Assembly: GCA_963712115.1 (NCBI GenBank)
Contig: CAVQGX010000006.1
Span: forward strand, 1-64,000
Source of the DNA: an uncultured delta proteobacterium
GTDB lineage: Bacteria > Desulfobacterota > Syntrophobacteria > BM002
Length of the DNA: 64,000 bases
Reading direction: 5' to 3'
Shown here: piece by piece, positions 10,467 to 19,928 of the stretch
How positions within the stretch are numbered: the stretch's first letter is position 1
How the letters are laid out: each line of letters starts with the position of its first letter
Made by a program: the position numbers and the translations under genes
Notes under the pieces: generated by a model
Told to the model about the DNA's origin: nothing
The model's input: only the letters and a program-made list of their open reading frames with translations
Database searches by the model: none

Positions 10467-11690
10467 TTTTTTGAGCCATGATTTGCCCACCTCTCCCGTC
10501 TCCATTAGGGAAGGTTTAGTAACCAGCTCGAGCTTACCTCCACGTATCTGGGTGAAGTAGACTTTTTCCAATCCCTGGTGATCTTGAGCGTTAAAACTCA
10601 GCGGGTTGGCGATACCGAGGGAATAATTTTCAATGGTCTCAATTGCATTGATAAAATTTTCCCGAGTGAGATCTGGGCCTGCTCGTCTCAATCCTTCAAC
10701 CATAACCCTACCGTTCAGGTAGCCTTCGAATCCCACGTAGTTGGGTTTGTCCTCAGGATAGTAACGAGCGAGCAGTTGGGTGTATTCTTCGGCCGCGTCC
10801 AGCAACAGGGTTTCTGCAGGCGGCGGAACCACCTGGGTGACTATGACACCCTCTCCCTCTCGACCCAGTTTTTTCGCCAATTCATCACCACCCACGAAGG
10901 AAACGCAGTGAAAAATAGGATGAAAGCCCCTGGTTCGAGCCACTCGGATAAATTGGGCACAGGGGTCATAGGTGCCGATCATTATCACTACCTCAGCTCC
11001 TGAAGGCAGTATTTGCTCCAAGGCCTGTTCAACCTCGATGCTTCCGCGGCGATAGCTGCCTGTGGCCACCGGCGTCAGACCATACCTCTTGAGGGCAATC
11101 TGGGTTCCGGTGAGACCGTCGAAACCGTAGTCATCGTACTGGTAGAAAACTGCAAACTTCTTGAGACCGAGGGCTTCCACCAGTTCTTTGACCGCGGCAC
11201 CGGTCTCCTGATAGTAGGAGGCTCGAATATTGACTATGTATCGCTGAAAAGGGTTTCGCAGAATCTGGGCCCCCGTAAACAGACCCACCAAGGGAATACG
11301 CGCTTCCTGCACTAGTGGCATGATCTTTACCGATGTGGGCGTACCAACATAGCAAAACAAGGCGAAGACTTTGTCCTCAACAATAAGCTTTTGGGTATTT
11401 TCTAGGCAACGGGGCGGATCATAACCATCATCGTAGGCAATGACTCTTATGCTCCTCCCATGTACACCCCCTGCCCCGTTTATGGACCGGAGGTAACATA
11501 GGGCGCCATGAAGGGTTTGGGTTCCGAGAAAGCTGGCGTGGCCACTGAGGGCTAGGGAGGAACCCAAGCGAATTTCATCAGCACTAACCCCTGGTGTCTG
11601 AACGCCTACAACTTCCTGGTTGGCTGTTCCACTGCAGCCTGTTCCTAGACATAAGAGCAATAGTCCTAGACATAAAAGCCGATTTTTCAT
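10464..11690 (-). CDS. Periplasmic binding lipoprotein, type I (Leu/Ile/Val-binding family)
   Basis: Lipobox GTGC, plus INGAGGVHGRSI..YDDGYDP and VGTPTS motifs. Confidence 0.92.
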   Translation of the reverse strand: MKNRLLCLGLLLLCLGTGCSGTANQEVVGVQTPGVSADEIRLGSSLALSGHASFLGTQTLHGALCYLRSINGAGGVHGRSIRVIAYDDGYDPPRCLENTQKLIVEDKVFALFCYVGTPTSVKIMPLVQEARIPLVGLFTGAQILRNPFQRYIVNIRASYYQETGAAVKELVEALGLKKFAVFYQYDDYGFDGLTGTQIALKRYGLTPVATGSYRRGSIEVEQALEQILPSGAEVVIMIGTYDPCAQFIRVARTRGFHPIFHCVSFVGGDELAKKLGREGEGVIVTQVVPPPAETLLLDAAEEYTQLLARYYPEDKPNYVGFEGYLNGRVMVEGLRRAGPDLTRENFINAIETIENYSLGIANPLSFNAQDHQGLEKVYFTQIRGGKLELVTKPSLMETGEVGKSWLKK

Positions 11691-11920
11691 GTACCGGTCC
11701 GTATCTCTTCGACGATATCAGAAGTCTCAACCAGCTTGAGGTGACTGGCCATGGCCCTTAGGGTATCCACCTCTATTTGATTTTTTATCTGCAGCTTTTC
11801 CTTGCTATCCATCTGGGAGTATAGGGTCAGGTAGTGATCTATGGCTCTGCGCAAACTCCTGCACTCCTGCAAAGAAAGCTCAATTTTGACCTGATGTATT
11901 CTTTTGTCTGTTACCTGCAT
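11687..11920 (-). CDS. Small hypothetical protein
   Basis: GGAGG precedes the ATG at 11920, and the stop overlaps the next start (ATGA). Confidence 0.55.
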   Translation of the reverse strand: MQVTDKRIHQVKIELSLQECRSLRRAIDHYLTLYSQMDSKEKLQIKNQIEVDTLRAMASHLKLVETSDIVEEIRTGT

Positions 11921-11957
11921 GGCCCTGTCCCTCCAAATATCTTTGCAGCTTCCAAGG

Positions 11958-13043
11958 TTACCCGGTAGTCTCAAGAGGGAGTTCAATAACTACGGCTGTT
12001 CCCTCGTTTGCCTCGCTTGCGATCTTGATCTCCCCTCCATGGTCGTCAATGATTTTTTTGCTCGTCGCCATATCCAGACCAGTGCTGCTGCCTTGTTCAT
12101 CGGTGAAGGGGTTGAACATGTTCTCCAAATCAGCTGGTGGAATCCAGCCACCTTTGCCCAGCAAGTAAATTCCCACGGTGTCCCAGCAAAGTTCGGTTTG
12201 CAGGGAAAGTCTTTGATTCTTTTCCATGGACTGCGCGAGTCTTCGGGTGATGGTGACCAGAGCCTCCAACATGAGTTCCATGTCAAAAAGACTATCCGGG
12301 ATGTCGCTGTCTAGGTCCACGGAAGTCTCTAAGCCCCTGGTTTTGAATTCCGGCGCCAGAATATCGTGGGCCCGCCGTACCAGCTCGTTGTAATTGTATT
12401 TGCCCTTGTTTTGCTTCAGGGGCCGGATGAAATCACGCATTTTTTTGAGCACCGTCTCCAATCGCTTGACCTCGTTCACAATGATTTCTACCTTAGGTCT
12501 CAGACTTTCGTGAAGTTCTGGCGAGTTCTGAATTACCGTGGCAAAACCTCCGATGGAGACGAGGGGATTCCTAATTTCGTGGGCCAGGTATGAGGCCATT
12601 CGCCCCACAGTGGCCAAACGGCTTGAATGGGCCAACTTTTTTTCGCAGCTTATCTTTTCTTCTTGCACTTCGATGAGGTCCCAGAACAATCTGGCACTGA
12701 GGTGATCAATGACTTTCACCTGCTTTGGTTTGCTCCTCATGAGTTCATCCAGCACATCTTCCCGTCCGGTGATTTCAATGAGCAAGTGGAGATCTGCAAA
12801 AGAAAAAAAATCTCTATAGTCCGTGGTTGTATAGATCCCCTTCTTGCGGGCATAGACCACACCTGGCGCATCTTCACTTAAATCAGCCACTCCGACGATG
12901 CAGAGGTGTAAGTTCCTTAGCCTGTGGGTTTCGAGGAATTTTATCAGCGCTCTGCCGCCTGAACCCCCACCCACCAGGGCGATGTTTAGACATGCCTGCT
13001 CCGTCTTTGAGTTGATATTGAGCTTAGTTTCGGCTGCTTGCAT
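11958..13043 (-). CDS. Cytoplasmic HisKA protein with N-terminal Rossmann-like domain and degenerate HATPase
   Basis: IALVGGGSGG..VGVAD..APG at the N-terminus and H-box LAHEIRNP. The N/G1/G2 boxes are degenerate (ALVTITRRL, GKGGWIP, STGLDM). Confidence 0.85.
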   Translation of the reverse strand: MQAAETKLNINSKTEQACLNIALVGGGSGGRALIKFLETHRLRNLHLCIVGVADLSEDAPGVVYARKKGIYTTTDYRDFFSFADLHLLIEITGREDVLDELMRSKPKQVKVIDHLSARLFWDLIEVQEEKISCEKKLAHSSRLATVGRMASYLAHEIRNPLVSIGGFATVIQNSPELHESLRPKVEIIVNEVKRLETVLKKMRDFIRPLKQNKGKYNYNELVRRAHDILAPEFKTRGLETSVDLDSDIPDSLFDMELMLEALVTITRRLAQSMEKNQRLSLQTELCWDTVGIYLLGKGGWIPPADLENMFNPFTDEQGSSTGLDMATSKKIIDDHGGEIKIASEANEGTAVVIELPLETTG

Positions 13044-13080
13044 TGTTATCCAGCGCCATCTTTAACGAAATAGGGAACCT

Positions 13081-13737
13081 TTAGTCCAACTCGTCATGAA
13101 TTCGATAGATCAGTTTGAATTTCCCTTCCAGCTCAGCAAAAAGAGCCTTTTCATCCTGCACGTTTTTGGTCCGAACGTAGAGGTGTCTAAACCCCTGTGG
13201 AGCTTGCTCATAGGTGCTAATCATGCTGACTATGCGCCCACCGTGCGCCCGGATCACGTCAGTGACTTTCCTAATGGAACCCGGCCGGTCTTCTATCTCC
13301 ACACAGAGCTGCAAGGGCGCCTGATAGATTCCAGAAACAGAAACCATGGCACGGAAGACATCGCCCTTGGTGATGATGCCCTGCAGGTCGCCTCTTTGAT
13401 CAACCACGGGTAAAGCAGATATGTCGTGCTTGAGCATCAGGGCGGCAGCCTTGTCTGTGGTCTCATTGTCGCTGACAGTGTGAGGATTCTTCGACATCAC
13501 CCTCTTTACCTGGAGCTTGTCCAGGAGGTAGTAGAGTTCATGAATGTCCAGGGTGGTTGCCTTGGAAGGATGAGCCTCTTTTAAATCCCGGTCAGACACT
13601 ATCCCGGTAAGACGACCTTGCCTGACTACCGGCAGGTGTTGAAACCCCTTATCCTTCATTAGCTTTGAAGCTTTCATTATTGAGACATCTTCTTCTACGG
13701 TTATGACCTCTCTGGTCATCCAATCTTTTACTAGCAT
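13081..13737 (-). CDS. CBS-pair + ACT domain protein (AcuB-like)
   Basis: HLPVV..GIVSDRDLKEA, a second CBS repeat, and an EDRPG ACT motif. Confidence 0.92.
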   Translation of the reverse strand: MLVKDWMTREVITVEEDVSIMKASKLMKDKGFQHLPVVRQGRLTGIVSDRDLKEAHPSKATTLDIHELYYLLDKLQVKRVMSKNPHTVSDNETTDKAAALMLKHDISALPVVDQRGDLQGIITKGDVFRAMVSVSGIYQAPLQLCVEIEDRPGSIRKVTDVIRAHGGRIVSMISTYEQAPQGFRHLYVRTKNVQDEKALFAELEGKFKLIYRIHDELD

Positions 13738-13778
13738 GCTAAGGCCTCCATATCCGGTTAGTAGGTACAGATGATTAT

Positions 13779-13794
13779 TGAAATATCTGTGCCA
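13779..13794 (-). promoter_or_regulatory. Probable sigma-54 promoter (TGGCAC-N5-TTTC) with upstream TTTACA-N3-TGTAAA site at 13869-13883
   Basis: Near-consensus -24/-12 element (one mismatch at -12) upstream of the CBS-ACT gene. Confidence 0.5.
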
Positions 13795-13900
13795 GACAGT
13801 TTTTGTATTTATACTATTGAAATTTCTGTGTTTTTTTAATTGCAGCCGGTGAAGAAAAGCAGAGTAACTTTACAGATTGTAAAAATAGCTGGCAGGGAAC

Positions 13901-13993
13901 AGGATGGAATATTGGAAGACTGGAATGATGGAGTGCTGGGGGTTGGTCACTGGATGCTGGATACTAGATGCTGGTCACTGGATGCTGGATACT
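13901..13993. repeat. Octamer (TGGAxxxx) then heptamer (CTGGATG/A) tandem repeat tract
   Basis: tggaatat tggaagac tggaatga tggagtgc, then ctggatg ctggata ctagatg ctggtca ctggatg ctggata. Confidence 0.8.
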
Positions 13994-16599
13994 CAAGGGG
14001 AGGAATGAGCCATTATTGAATTAAGATCTTTTCTGATTTTTGCCCAGTAACTCTGCGCTGAAGCCTGATCTGACATGATCATATCCAACTGGCGGGTATG
14101 AATTGTCAGGTAGCCGAGCCCCTTCAGCCGTTCACAGATGAAATTTTGCTCTCGTCCTTCCAAACGGGCGAACACTGAATCCTCTTTGATTTCCACTCTA
14201 AAGTCCAATTCCGAAAGAATGTCACCCACAAAGTGTGCCCGTCGCACTCTTCTTGAATAGTCAGCAGCTCCACCCTTGAATTGAAAACTCACGTAGTTTT
14301 CACGAGGCCTATCACTCACTAAGGTCTCAACAACAGAGAAGTGAAAGCCAAAACGAGAGGTTAGGCTGCAGAAATTTTTTGAGATCATGAAATAGTTCCG
14401 ATTGGCATATTGGGAGCTCAAGGCTGGGTCCAGGGCCCGATCGGTTGTAGCTTGCACTAACACCGATAAAAATCCCTTTGGGTCAACAGGCGGCGGACCT
14501 TCCCAGGAAACGGCAGTGATGCCCTCCCAGAGTGCCAACATTGGAATGGAAACAATGTTCTGCAGTTCAACATACTTGCCTTCCACGTCCTCCCTGAAAC
14601 CATCGTCTAAATTAATAATCCACCACTGCATGGGAACGTCACATACCAGCTGCTTGCTGGACCGTTCTGAAAAGTGGTGCTCCTTGCCGAAGTTGAACAT
14701 CTCGTGGACCGACTTCTCGTGGGCAAAGCGGGTAATATCATGAAAGGTCATACAACGCTTCGGATTGAACTCGGGAGCATCTGGATCGAGAAGAGTCAAA
14801 GGAATAATTTGTTGGGCAACTTCCCCGAGGACCTCATACACCGGACTTCCTTGCATTAAATTCTTTTTCGGCTCTGACTGTGCCAATAAAGACTCCACTC
14901 GGCCAGCATAAACCGCCCGCCCGTCTGCATCCACAGTGACCAGGTCACCATTTTTCAAAGATTTTTTCGCTCCCACCGCACCAAAGAGAGCAGGCACGCC
15001 GAATTCTCTGGCGACGTTGGCCAGGTGGCTGGCAACACTGCCGTGTTCGGTGACCACGGCAGCAGCCCGATGCAGAAGTGACGACCAGGCAGGGAGGGCC
15101 TGGGAGGTAACCAGCACCGCTCCTTGGGGAAACCCTAAGGTATCAGCGCTCTTGACCACCTGAAAAACCGGACCGCATCTTACCCCGGAGCTGGCGGTTG
15201 TTCCCCCTCGGATAATAATCTGTCCTGCTACACTGGCTTCCTGCTCAACTCGCAAAGCTCGCTCGCCAGATTCAATTTGTTTCAGCGGCCGGCACTGCAA
15301 AAGACAGATGGTGCCATCTGTCTTAATGGCCCACTCGATGTCCTGGGGCGAGCCGTAATAGTCGTCAAGTTCCACTGCCATAACAGCCAGGGCAAACACT
15401 TGATCTTCCGAAATTGAAGGTACTATGCTCTCATGGGGAGTAACTTCAAGGCGGCACACCCCCTCCTCAGGGTCGCAGAGGAATATGCGATCCTTCTTGC
15501 CGATTTTCTTGTCAACAATCTTCATTGGTGCACGCCTAGATACCATGAACAGGTCGGCATCAACACTTCCGTCAACTACCGATTTCGGCAGTCCGTAAGC
15601 AGCATGAATACGAACGGTGTCGTCGCGAACATTCATAGGATTGCGGCTATAGATTACTCCCCCCGCCATGGCTTCCACCATGGCCATGCACCCCACACAC
15701 ATGGCAATGTCTTCATCGCGAATTCCCCTGGCCAGCCTGTAGGTGATGGCGGGCAGGCTGTACTTGCTAGCCACAATCTCTTTGTATACGTCGAAAATAT
15801 TCTCTGAGCTAATGTTTAGTTCCGAGCGATATTGACCCGCAAAAGATGTTCCGGAGTGGTCTTCTCCAAGAGCACTGCTTCGCAGAGATACTCTTGCGGA
15901 CGGACCCGGAGCTATCTCCTCGTAGGCAGCCGCCATGGCTCTTTGAAGATCTTCTGGCACTTTAGCCTGGATAATCAGTTGTTGGACCCTGGTACTCAGG
16001 CCGTAAAGCTCATCCATCCTCTCCATGCTTAAGGACTGGAGAAGACGATCGATCTCGCTCTGCAGCTCATTGTGTTCCATGAATTTTTCGAAAGCAAGAG
16101 AGGTTACCACGAAGCCCTCGGGAACGGTGACTTTAATACGGTTTTTAATTTCGCCCAGATTGGCCATTTTACTACCAACCTGGTCTGCCATCTCTCTGTT
16201 CACCTTGGCCAGGGGAATAACCAGTTCTTGTCCTCTGGAAATCCTTTTTTGAGCGAGGGTATGGTTAATGCGCTCCTGAATATCATTGAAGCGCTCATAG
16301 AGTTTCCCGTATTTTCCTGGAGCAAGATCATCCAGGTTCTTGATGATCCGGTAGACATTTACAGAGACAGCAGTACAATTGGCCCTCACGAAGGACATAC
16401 CGAAAGTTCGTGCACCGCGAAGAGCCTCTTCCAGATCCGCCATAATCTCGAGGGATCTATTGTTGGCGCTGAGAAGTAGCTTGAAACTATGGTATCGTGC
16501 TTTGAACAGGTTGCGCAGTTCTTCCGCGTCCGCACTGCATTGGGGCTTACCGCGCCATTTGCATATTAGGGAGGAAAGAGATTTAATCAGGTTGGCCAT
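13993..16599 (-). CDS. PEP-synthase/pyruvate-water-dikinase-like protein (ATP-grasp + phospho-His domain, non-canonical C-terminus)
   Basis: Motifs VGSKMANLGE, RSSALGED..SFAGQY, PQDIEWA and LQCRP, plus phospho-His motif SHLANVAREFGVP. No PEP/pyruvate TIM-barrel motifs are visible. Confidence 0.88.
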   Translation of the reverse strand: MANLIKSLSSLICKWRGKPQCSADAEELRNLFKARYHSFKLLLSANNRSLEIMADLEEALRGARTFGMSFVRANCTAVSVNVYRIIKNLDDLAPGKYGKLYERFNDIQERINHTLAQKRISRGQELVIPLAKVNREMADQVGSKMANLGEIKNRIKVTVPEGFVVTSLAFEKFMEHNELQSEIDRLLQSLSMERMDELYGLSTRVQQLIIQAKVPEDLQRAMAAAYEEIAPGPSARVSLRSSALGEDHSGTSFAGQYRSELNISSENIFDVYKEIVASKYSLPAITYRLARGIRDEDIAMCVGCMAMVEAMAGGVIYSRNPMNVRDDTVRIHAAYGLPKSVVDGSVDADLFMVSRRAPMKIVDKKIGKKDRIFLCDPEEGVCRLEVTPHESIVPSISEDQVFALAVMAVELDDYYGSPQDIEWAIKTDGTICLLQCRPLKQIESGERALRVEQEASVAGQIIIRGGTTASSGVRCGPVFQVVKSADTLGFPQGAVLVTSQALPAWSSLLHRAAAVVTEHGSVASHLANVAREFGVPALFGAVGAKKSLKNGDLVTVDADGRAVYAGRVESLLAQSEPKKNLMQGSPVYEVLGEVAQQIIPLTLLDPDAPEFNPKRCMTFHDITRFAHEKSVHEMFNFGKEHHFSERSSKQLVCDVPMQWWIINLDDGFREDVEGKYVELQNIVSIPMLALWEGITAVSWEGPPPVDPKGFLSVLVQATTDRALDPALSSQYANRNYFMISKNFCSLTSRFGFHFSVVETLVSDRPRENYVSFQFKGGAADYSRRVRRAHFVGDILSELDFRVEIKEDSVFARLEGREQNFICERLKGLGYLTIHTRQLDMIMSDQASAQSYWAKIRKDLNSIMAHSSP

Positions 16600-16727
16600 A
16601 TTAATCTCAGAAAAAAGTGCCTTCTATTTCACCCGCCTCCAGAATAATTGAAACTTTGAACCTCTGTCAAACAGTCCACAAATTGCCTGCCTGACCCCTC
16701 TCCTCTCAAGAAGCTGCGTCCCAATGC

Positions 16728-16877
16728 GTCATCCCGGCCAAGTCCGCCTGCGGCGGACGAGAGCCGGGATCCAGACAACGTCCCCGCGAAGACGGGGAAC
16801 CAGACACCAAATGACGTCATTGAAGTTTCACTGGATTCCGGATCTCGCCCCGCGAAGCGCAGCTCGTCCGGAATGAC
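16728..16877. repeat. GTCATCCCGG...CCGGAATGAC palindromic element (RPE/dRS3-like) with nested inner palindrome
   Basis: GTCATCCCGG..GAGCCGGGATCCAG ... CTGGATTCCGG..CCGGAATGAC, with an inner TCCCCGCGAAGACGGGGAA. Confidence 0.75.
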
Positions 16878-16899
16878 GGGTTCGGCGGATTGTGATCCT

Positions 16900-16996
16900 C
16901 TGACCTCCGACTTCCGACCTCTGACTTCTCAGCGCCTTGCTGCCTAGTGGTTAGTTGAAACTGCTGCATGCTGTCTGCTGCACGCTGCCTGCTGCT
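16900..16996. repeat. Heptamer repeat arms (TCTGACC/TCCGACT; CTGCTGC-type)
   Basis: tctgacc tccgact tccgacc tctgact, followed by tgcctagtggttagttgaaa ctgctgcatgctgtctgctgcacgctgcctgctgc. Confidence 0.75.
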
Positions 16997-17009
16997 TTCT
17001 TCTCGCTGC

Positions 17010-17717
17010 TTATATTTCTTTCTTGGCCCCTTTCTTCATTTGCATGCCCATGCCCTCGAAGAGAAAGAGGATGGCGTAGCCCCACCACAGGGTATAGATT
17101 ACATAGAAGACCAGGGAAAAGCTCAGAATGCCTGCCTTGTCAGAAGCATTCTGCGGCTCGATACCGTGGAAGTTGTAGCCTACCTCCACGCCTTTTTTCA
17201 CCACATCGGCCAGAAAAGAGGCTTCAGCAAACATCTTATGTTTCTTTAACTCTTTATCCAGGCTTTTGAAGGTAGACCACCAAACATAGAGCACCTCTTT
17301 TCCCGGATATCCATATTTTGCAGCGATTGCCTCTTCCTGGTTGTTGAACATGGCCTCTGAATCCTGAAGGGCGGCCTGGACCATCTGACCCATATAACCA
17401 GAGGCTTTGACCTCAGCGGAGTCGACGGCAGCCCCTACCCCGGCCTCGGCCAGTAATTTAGTGGCCTTCCCTGCCATATCCTCATCGGCCAGTTTCAAGG
17501 TGACCTCGAATTTGACGTCCTTGTAGTGTTCGTTTTTCTCATGTAAGCCAGGAAAATAGTAGGTTGATCCTTTGGCAATGGAATTAAACAACCTGTCTGC
17601 CGCCTGCAAACTGTTTTCCCCATGGAAAATTGGTGAAAACATCAGCAGCAGAATCACCAAAAAGGATGCCCCGAGCGTCAAACCCCAGACGAATTGTTTC
17701 TTCTTCTTGACAATCAT
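17010..17717 (-). CDS. Conserved membrane protein partner of the TSUP transporter
   Basis: N- and C-terminal TM helices and an FNSIAKGS.Y motif. It lies 4 nt downstream of the TSUP gene. Confidence 0.8.
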   Translation of the reverse strand: MIVKKKKQFVWGLTLGASFLVILLLMFSPIFHGENSLQAADRLFNSIAKGSTYYFPGLHEKNEHYKDVKFEVTLKLADEDMAGKATKLLAEAGVGAAVDSAEVKASGYMGQMVQAALQDSEAMFNNQEEAIAAKYGYPGKEVLYVWWSTFKSLDKELKKHKMFAEASFLADVVKKGVEVGYNFHGIEPQNASDKAGILSFSLVFYVIYTLWWGYAILFLFEGMGMQMKKGAKKEI

Positions 17718-17721
17718 TTGC

Positions 17722-19041
17722 TTAGACCTCCCCTCGCAGCACCTTTATATTGCCAGTGTATTTTCCGATTACCCAGACTGCAAATATGGTCACCACCGCG
17801 AAAAAGATCCAGGTGCCGGCAGTGGTGAGACCTTGTGCCACCGGCTTGGAAAGCTTGATGATTTCCATTTGCTGGAGCTTCTCCGGCAGGGCGAACAATC
17901 TGTTTATGAAACCTGCCATGATCGCAGTAGCATAGAAGCCTCTGATGTAAATACCCTTTACCACCTTGGTGGTGAGAGCGCCGACCTGGACTCCAATTAA
18001 GGAACCGATGAGCATGCCCATGGCCAGGGTGTAGAAAATGAACCCGTAGACCGCATATTGAGCGATGGAGGCATAGCCTGCGGTGAAGATGATCTGGAGG
18101 ATATCTGTGCCTACGGTGGTAAAGGAGGAAACTCCCAGGATATAAACGAACATGGGAAAGGTGAGAAAGCCACCACCAACGCCCATAATGGCGGCAACGA
18201 AGCCCACAAATGAACCGCAGACGGCCACGAAAAGGGCTGGAATCCTTTTGCCGCCCGGAACCAGATCCTCATCAAAGGTTATGAGCGGAGGAATCTTGGC
18301 CCTCTGTAATTTGGCCGGCAGACCCACTTTACCCGCGGCGACCTCGGCCCCATGACCGCTTTCACCGTGGTGGGCCCCCACCTCAACACCTCCCTTTCTC
18401 AACCTCAGGAAGTCAGTGAGAGCGTAAATGCCCAGAAAACCCAAAAGCACGACATAGACAATACTTATGAAGGTGTCGCTCAGAACCGGATTAGCCTCAT
18501 AGAGTGTCCGGTTGATTACCCCGCCGCCGGTCACGCCCACTCCTGCACCCACCAGAAAGGCGAGGGCCAATTTTACCGAGACATTGCCGAGCTTCTTGTG
18601 CACCGCAGTTCCCATTATGGCCTTGGCAAAGATGTGGAAGAGGTCGGTGCCCACAGCAAGGATCCCTTTTACTCCGGCGCTCATAAGGGCGGGGGTGATG
18701 ATAAAGCCACCGCCGGCCCCGATACAGCCGGTTATCAATCCGGCGCACAAACCGATGAAGATGGAGACCACAAAGATTGTTGTGGTGTAATAGGCTGGAG
18801 TGTAAGCCTTGTGACCTCCCAAGATTTCCGGCAGGCCGGCGGCAAAAGCGACCGAAACCAGGATTACCGGAAGAACCATCAACCCCAGAATCCAGAGCCT
18901 CCTCCTACTCTTGACGATGTTCATGCTGGTTTCATAGTCCCACTTTGCGTGGGCCACGGCGGCCTGCATGAGCAGGTTATACAATCCTCTCATTCTTTTC
19001 ATAGTAACCACCCCTTCTTCTCGTTGTTCGGTATTGATCAT
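17722..19041 (-). CDS. TSUP (TauE/SafE sulfite exporter family) transporter
   Basis: GCIGAGGGFIITP and MGVGGGFLTFP repeats, VGTD motifs. Alternative start at 19002. Confidence 0.92.
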   Translation of the reverse strand: MINTEQREEGVVTMKRMRGLYNLLMQAAVAHAKWDYETSMNIVKSRRRLWILGLMVLPVILVSVAFAAGLPEILGGHKAYTPAYYTTTIFVVSIFIGLCAGLITGCIGAGGGFIITPALMSAGVKGILAVGTDLFHIFAKAIMGTAVHKKLGNVSVKLALAFLVGAGVGVTGGGVINRTLYEANPVLSDTFISIVYVVLLGFLGIYALTDFLRLRKGGVEVGAHHGESGHGAEVAAGKVGLPAKLQRAKIPPLITFDEDLVPGGKRIPALFVAVCGSFVGFVAAIMGVGGGFLTFPMFVYILGVSSFTTVGTDILQIIFTAGYASIAQYAVYGFIFYTLAMGMLIGSLIGVQVGALTTKVVKGIYIRGFYATAIMAGFINRLFALPEKLQQMEIIKLSKPVAQGLTTAGTWIFFAVVTIFAVWVIGKYTGNIKVLRGEV

Positions 19042-19087
19042 CTCTTCAATTCACACCAGCATGGAACCAGGTGACAGTCTAGGACGC

Positions 19088-19525
19088 TCAAGACACCTCC
19101 TCGCTGGTTTGCTGCTCTTTCTGCCGCTCTAGCCTGGCGATCTTTTCTTCCTGAATGGTCTTAGCCCGGTGAGCATCCTGTATCTTGTACAAAAGCTCAT
19201 CGATCTCAGCAGGTTTCATCAGATAATCAAAGGCGCCTGAGCGCATGCCCTCAAGAGCCACCTCGAGGCTAGCGTGGCCGGTTAGCATTATTACCTCTAT
19301 CAATGGGTTAAGTTTCTTGATTTCTCGCAATGCCGTGAGCCCGTCCATCCCGGGCATTTTCACGTCAAGTACCGCCACATCAATTGGCTTGGCTTGCAGG
19401 TATTGCAGGGCCTCCTCTCCGCTGGAAACCCCTTCCACATTAACGTCTCGCTTGCCAAGTCTTCTGGTTAGCACTTCCAGAAAGTCCCTCTCGTCATCCA
19501 CCAGAAGAACCCTGCACTTTTCCAC
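19088..19525 (-). CDS. Stand-alone response regulator
   Basis: LLVDDE, LDVKMPG, LTGH and DYLMKP. The GTG at 19525 follows AAGGAG. Confidence 0.9.
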   Translation of the reverse strand: MEKCRVLLVDDERDFLEVLTRRLGKRDVNVEGVSSGEEALQYLQAKPIDVAVLDVKMPGMDGLTALREIKKLNPLIEVIMLTGHASLEVALEGMRSGAFDYLMKPAEIDELLYKIQDAHRAKTIQEEKIARLERQKEQQTSEEVS

Positions 19526-19530
19526 CGAAT

Positions 19531-19926
19531 CTACTCCTTTCTCTCTGCGGCTTTGGTGATCGTAGCCAGAAGGTCTTCGAGGTCGCACGGTTTGGTGAGA
19601 TAGTCGAAAGCACCCAGTGCCAAGCCATCTCTGGCGGCCTTTTCCGAACCATGGCCTGTGAGCATGACCACCGGCAATTCCGGATCCATCTTTTTGAATA
19701 TTTTTAAGACCTCGATCCCGTCTATGTCTTCCATCTTGAGATCGACAACCGCTACGTCGAAGTCCTTTTTGCGCAGTGTCTGAATAGCTTCTGAGCCGCT
19801 TAGGGCAATACTCACCTCGACCTGTCTTTTCGTCATCCTTTTGGCAAGGACGTTTACATATCCCTCTTCGTCATCTACGAGGAGGACTTTGATCTGCCCT
19901 TTTTGCCCTTTCCTTCCCTCGGTCAT
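19531..19926 (-). CDS. Stand-alone response regulator
   Basis: LLVDDE, VDLKM, LTGHG and DYLTKP. Confidence 0.92.
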   Translation of the reverse strand: MTEGRKGQKGQIKVLLVDDEEGYVNVLAKRMTKRQVEVSIALSGSEAIQTLRKKDFDVAVVDLKMEDIDGIEVLKIFKKMDPELPVVMLTGHGSEKAARDGLALGAFDYLTKPCDLEDLLATITKAAERKE

Positions 19927-19928
19927 TC

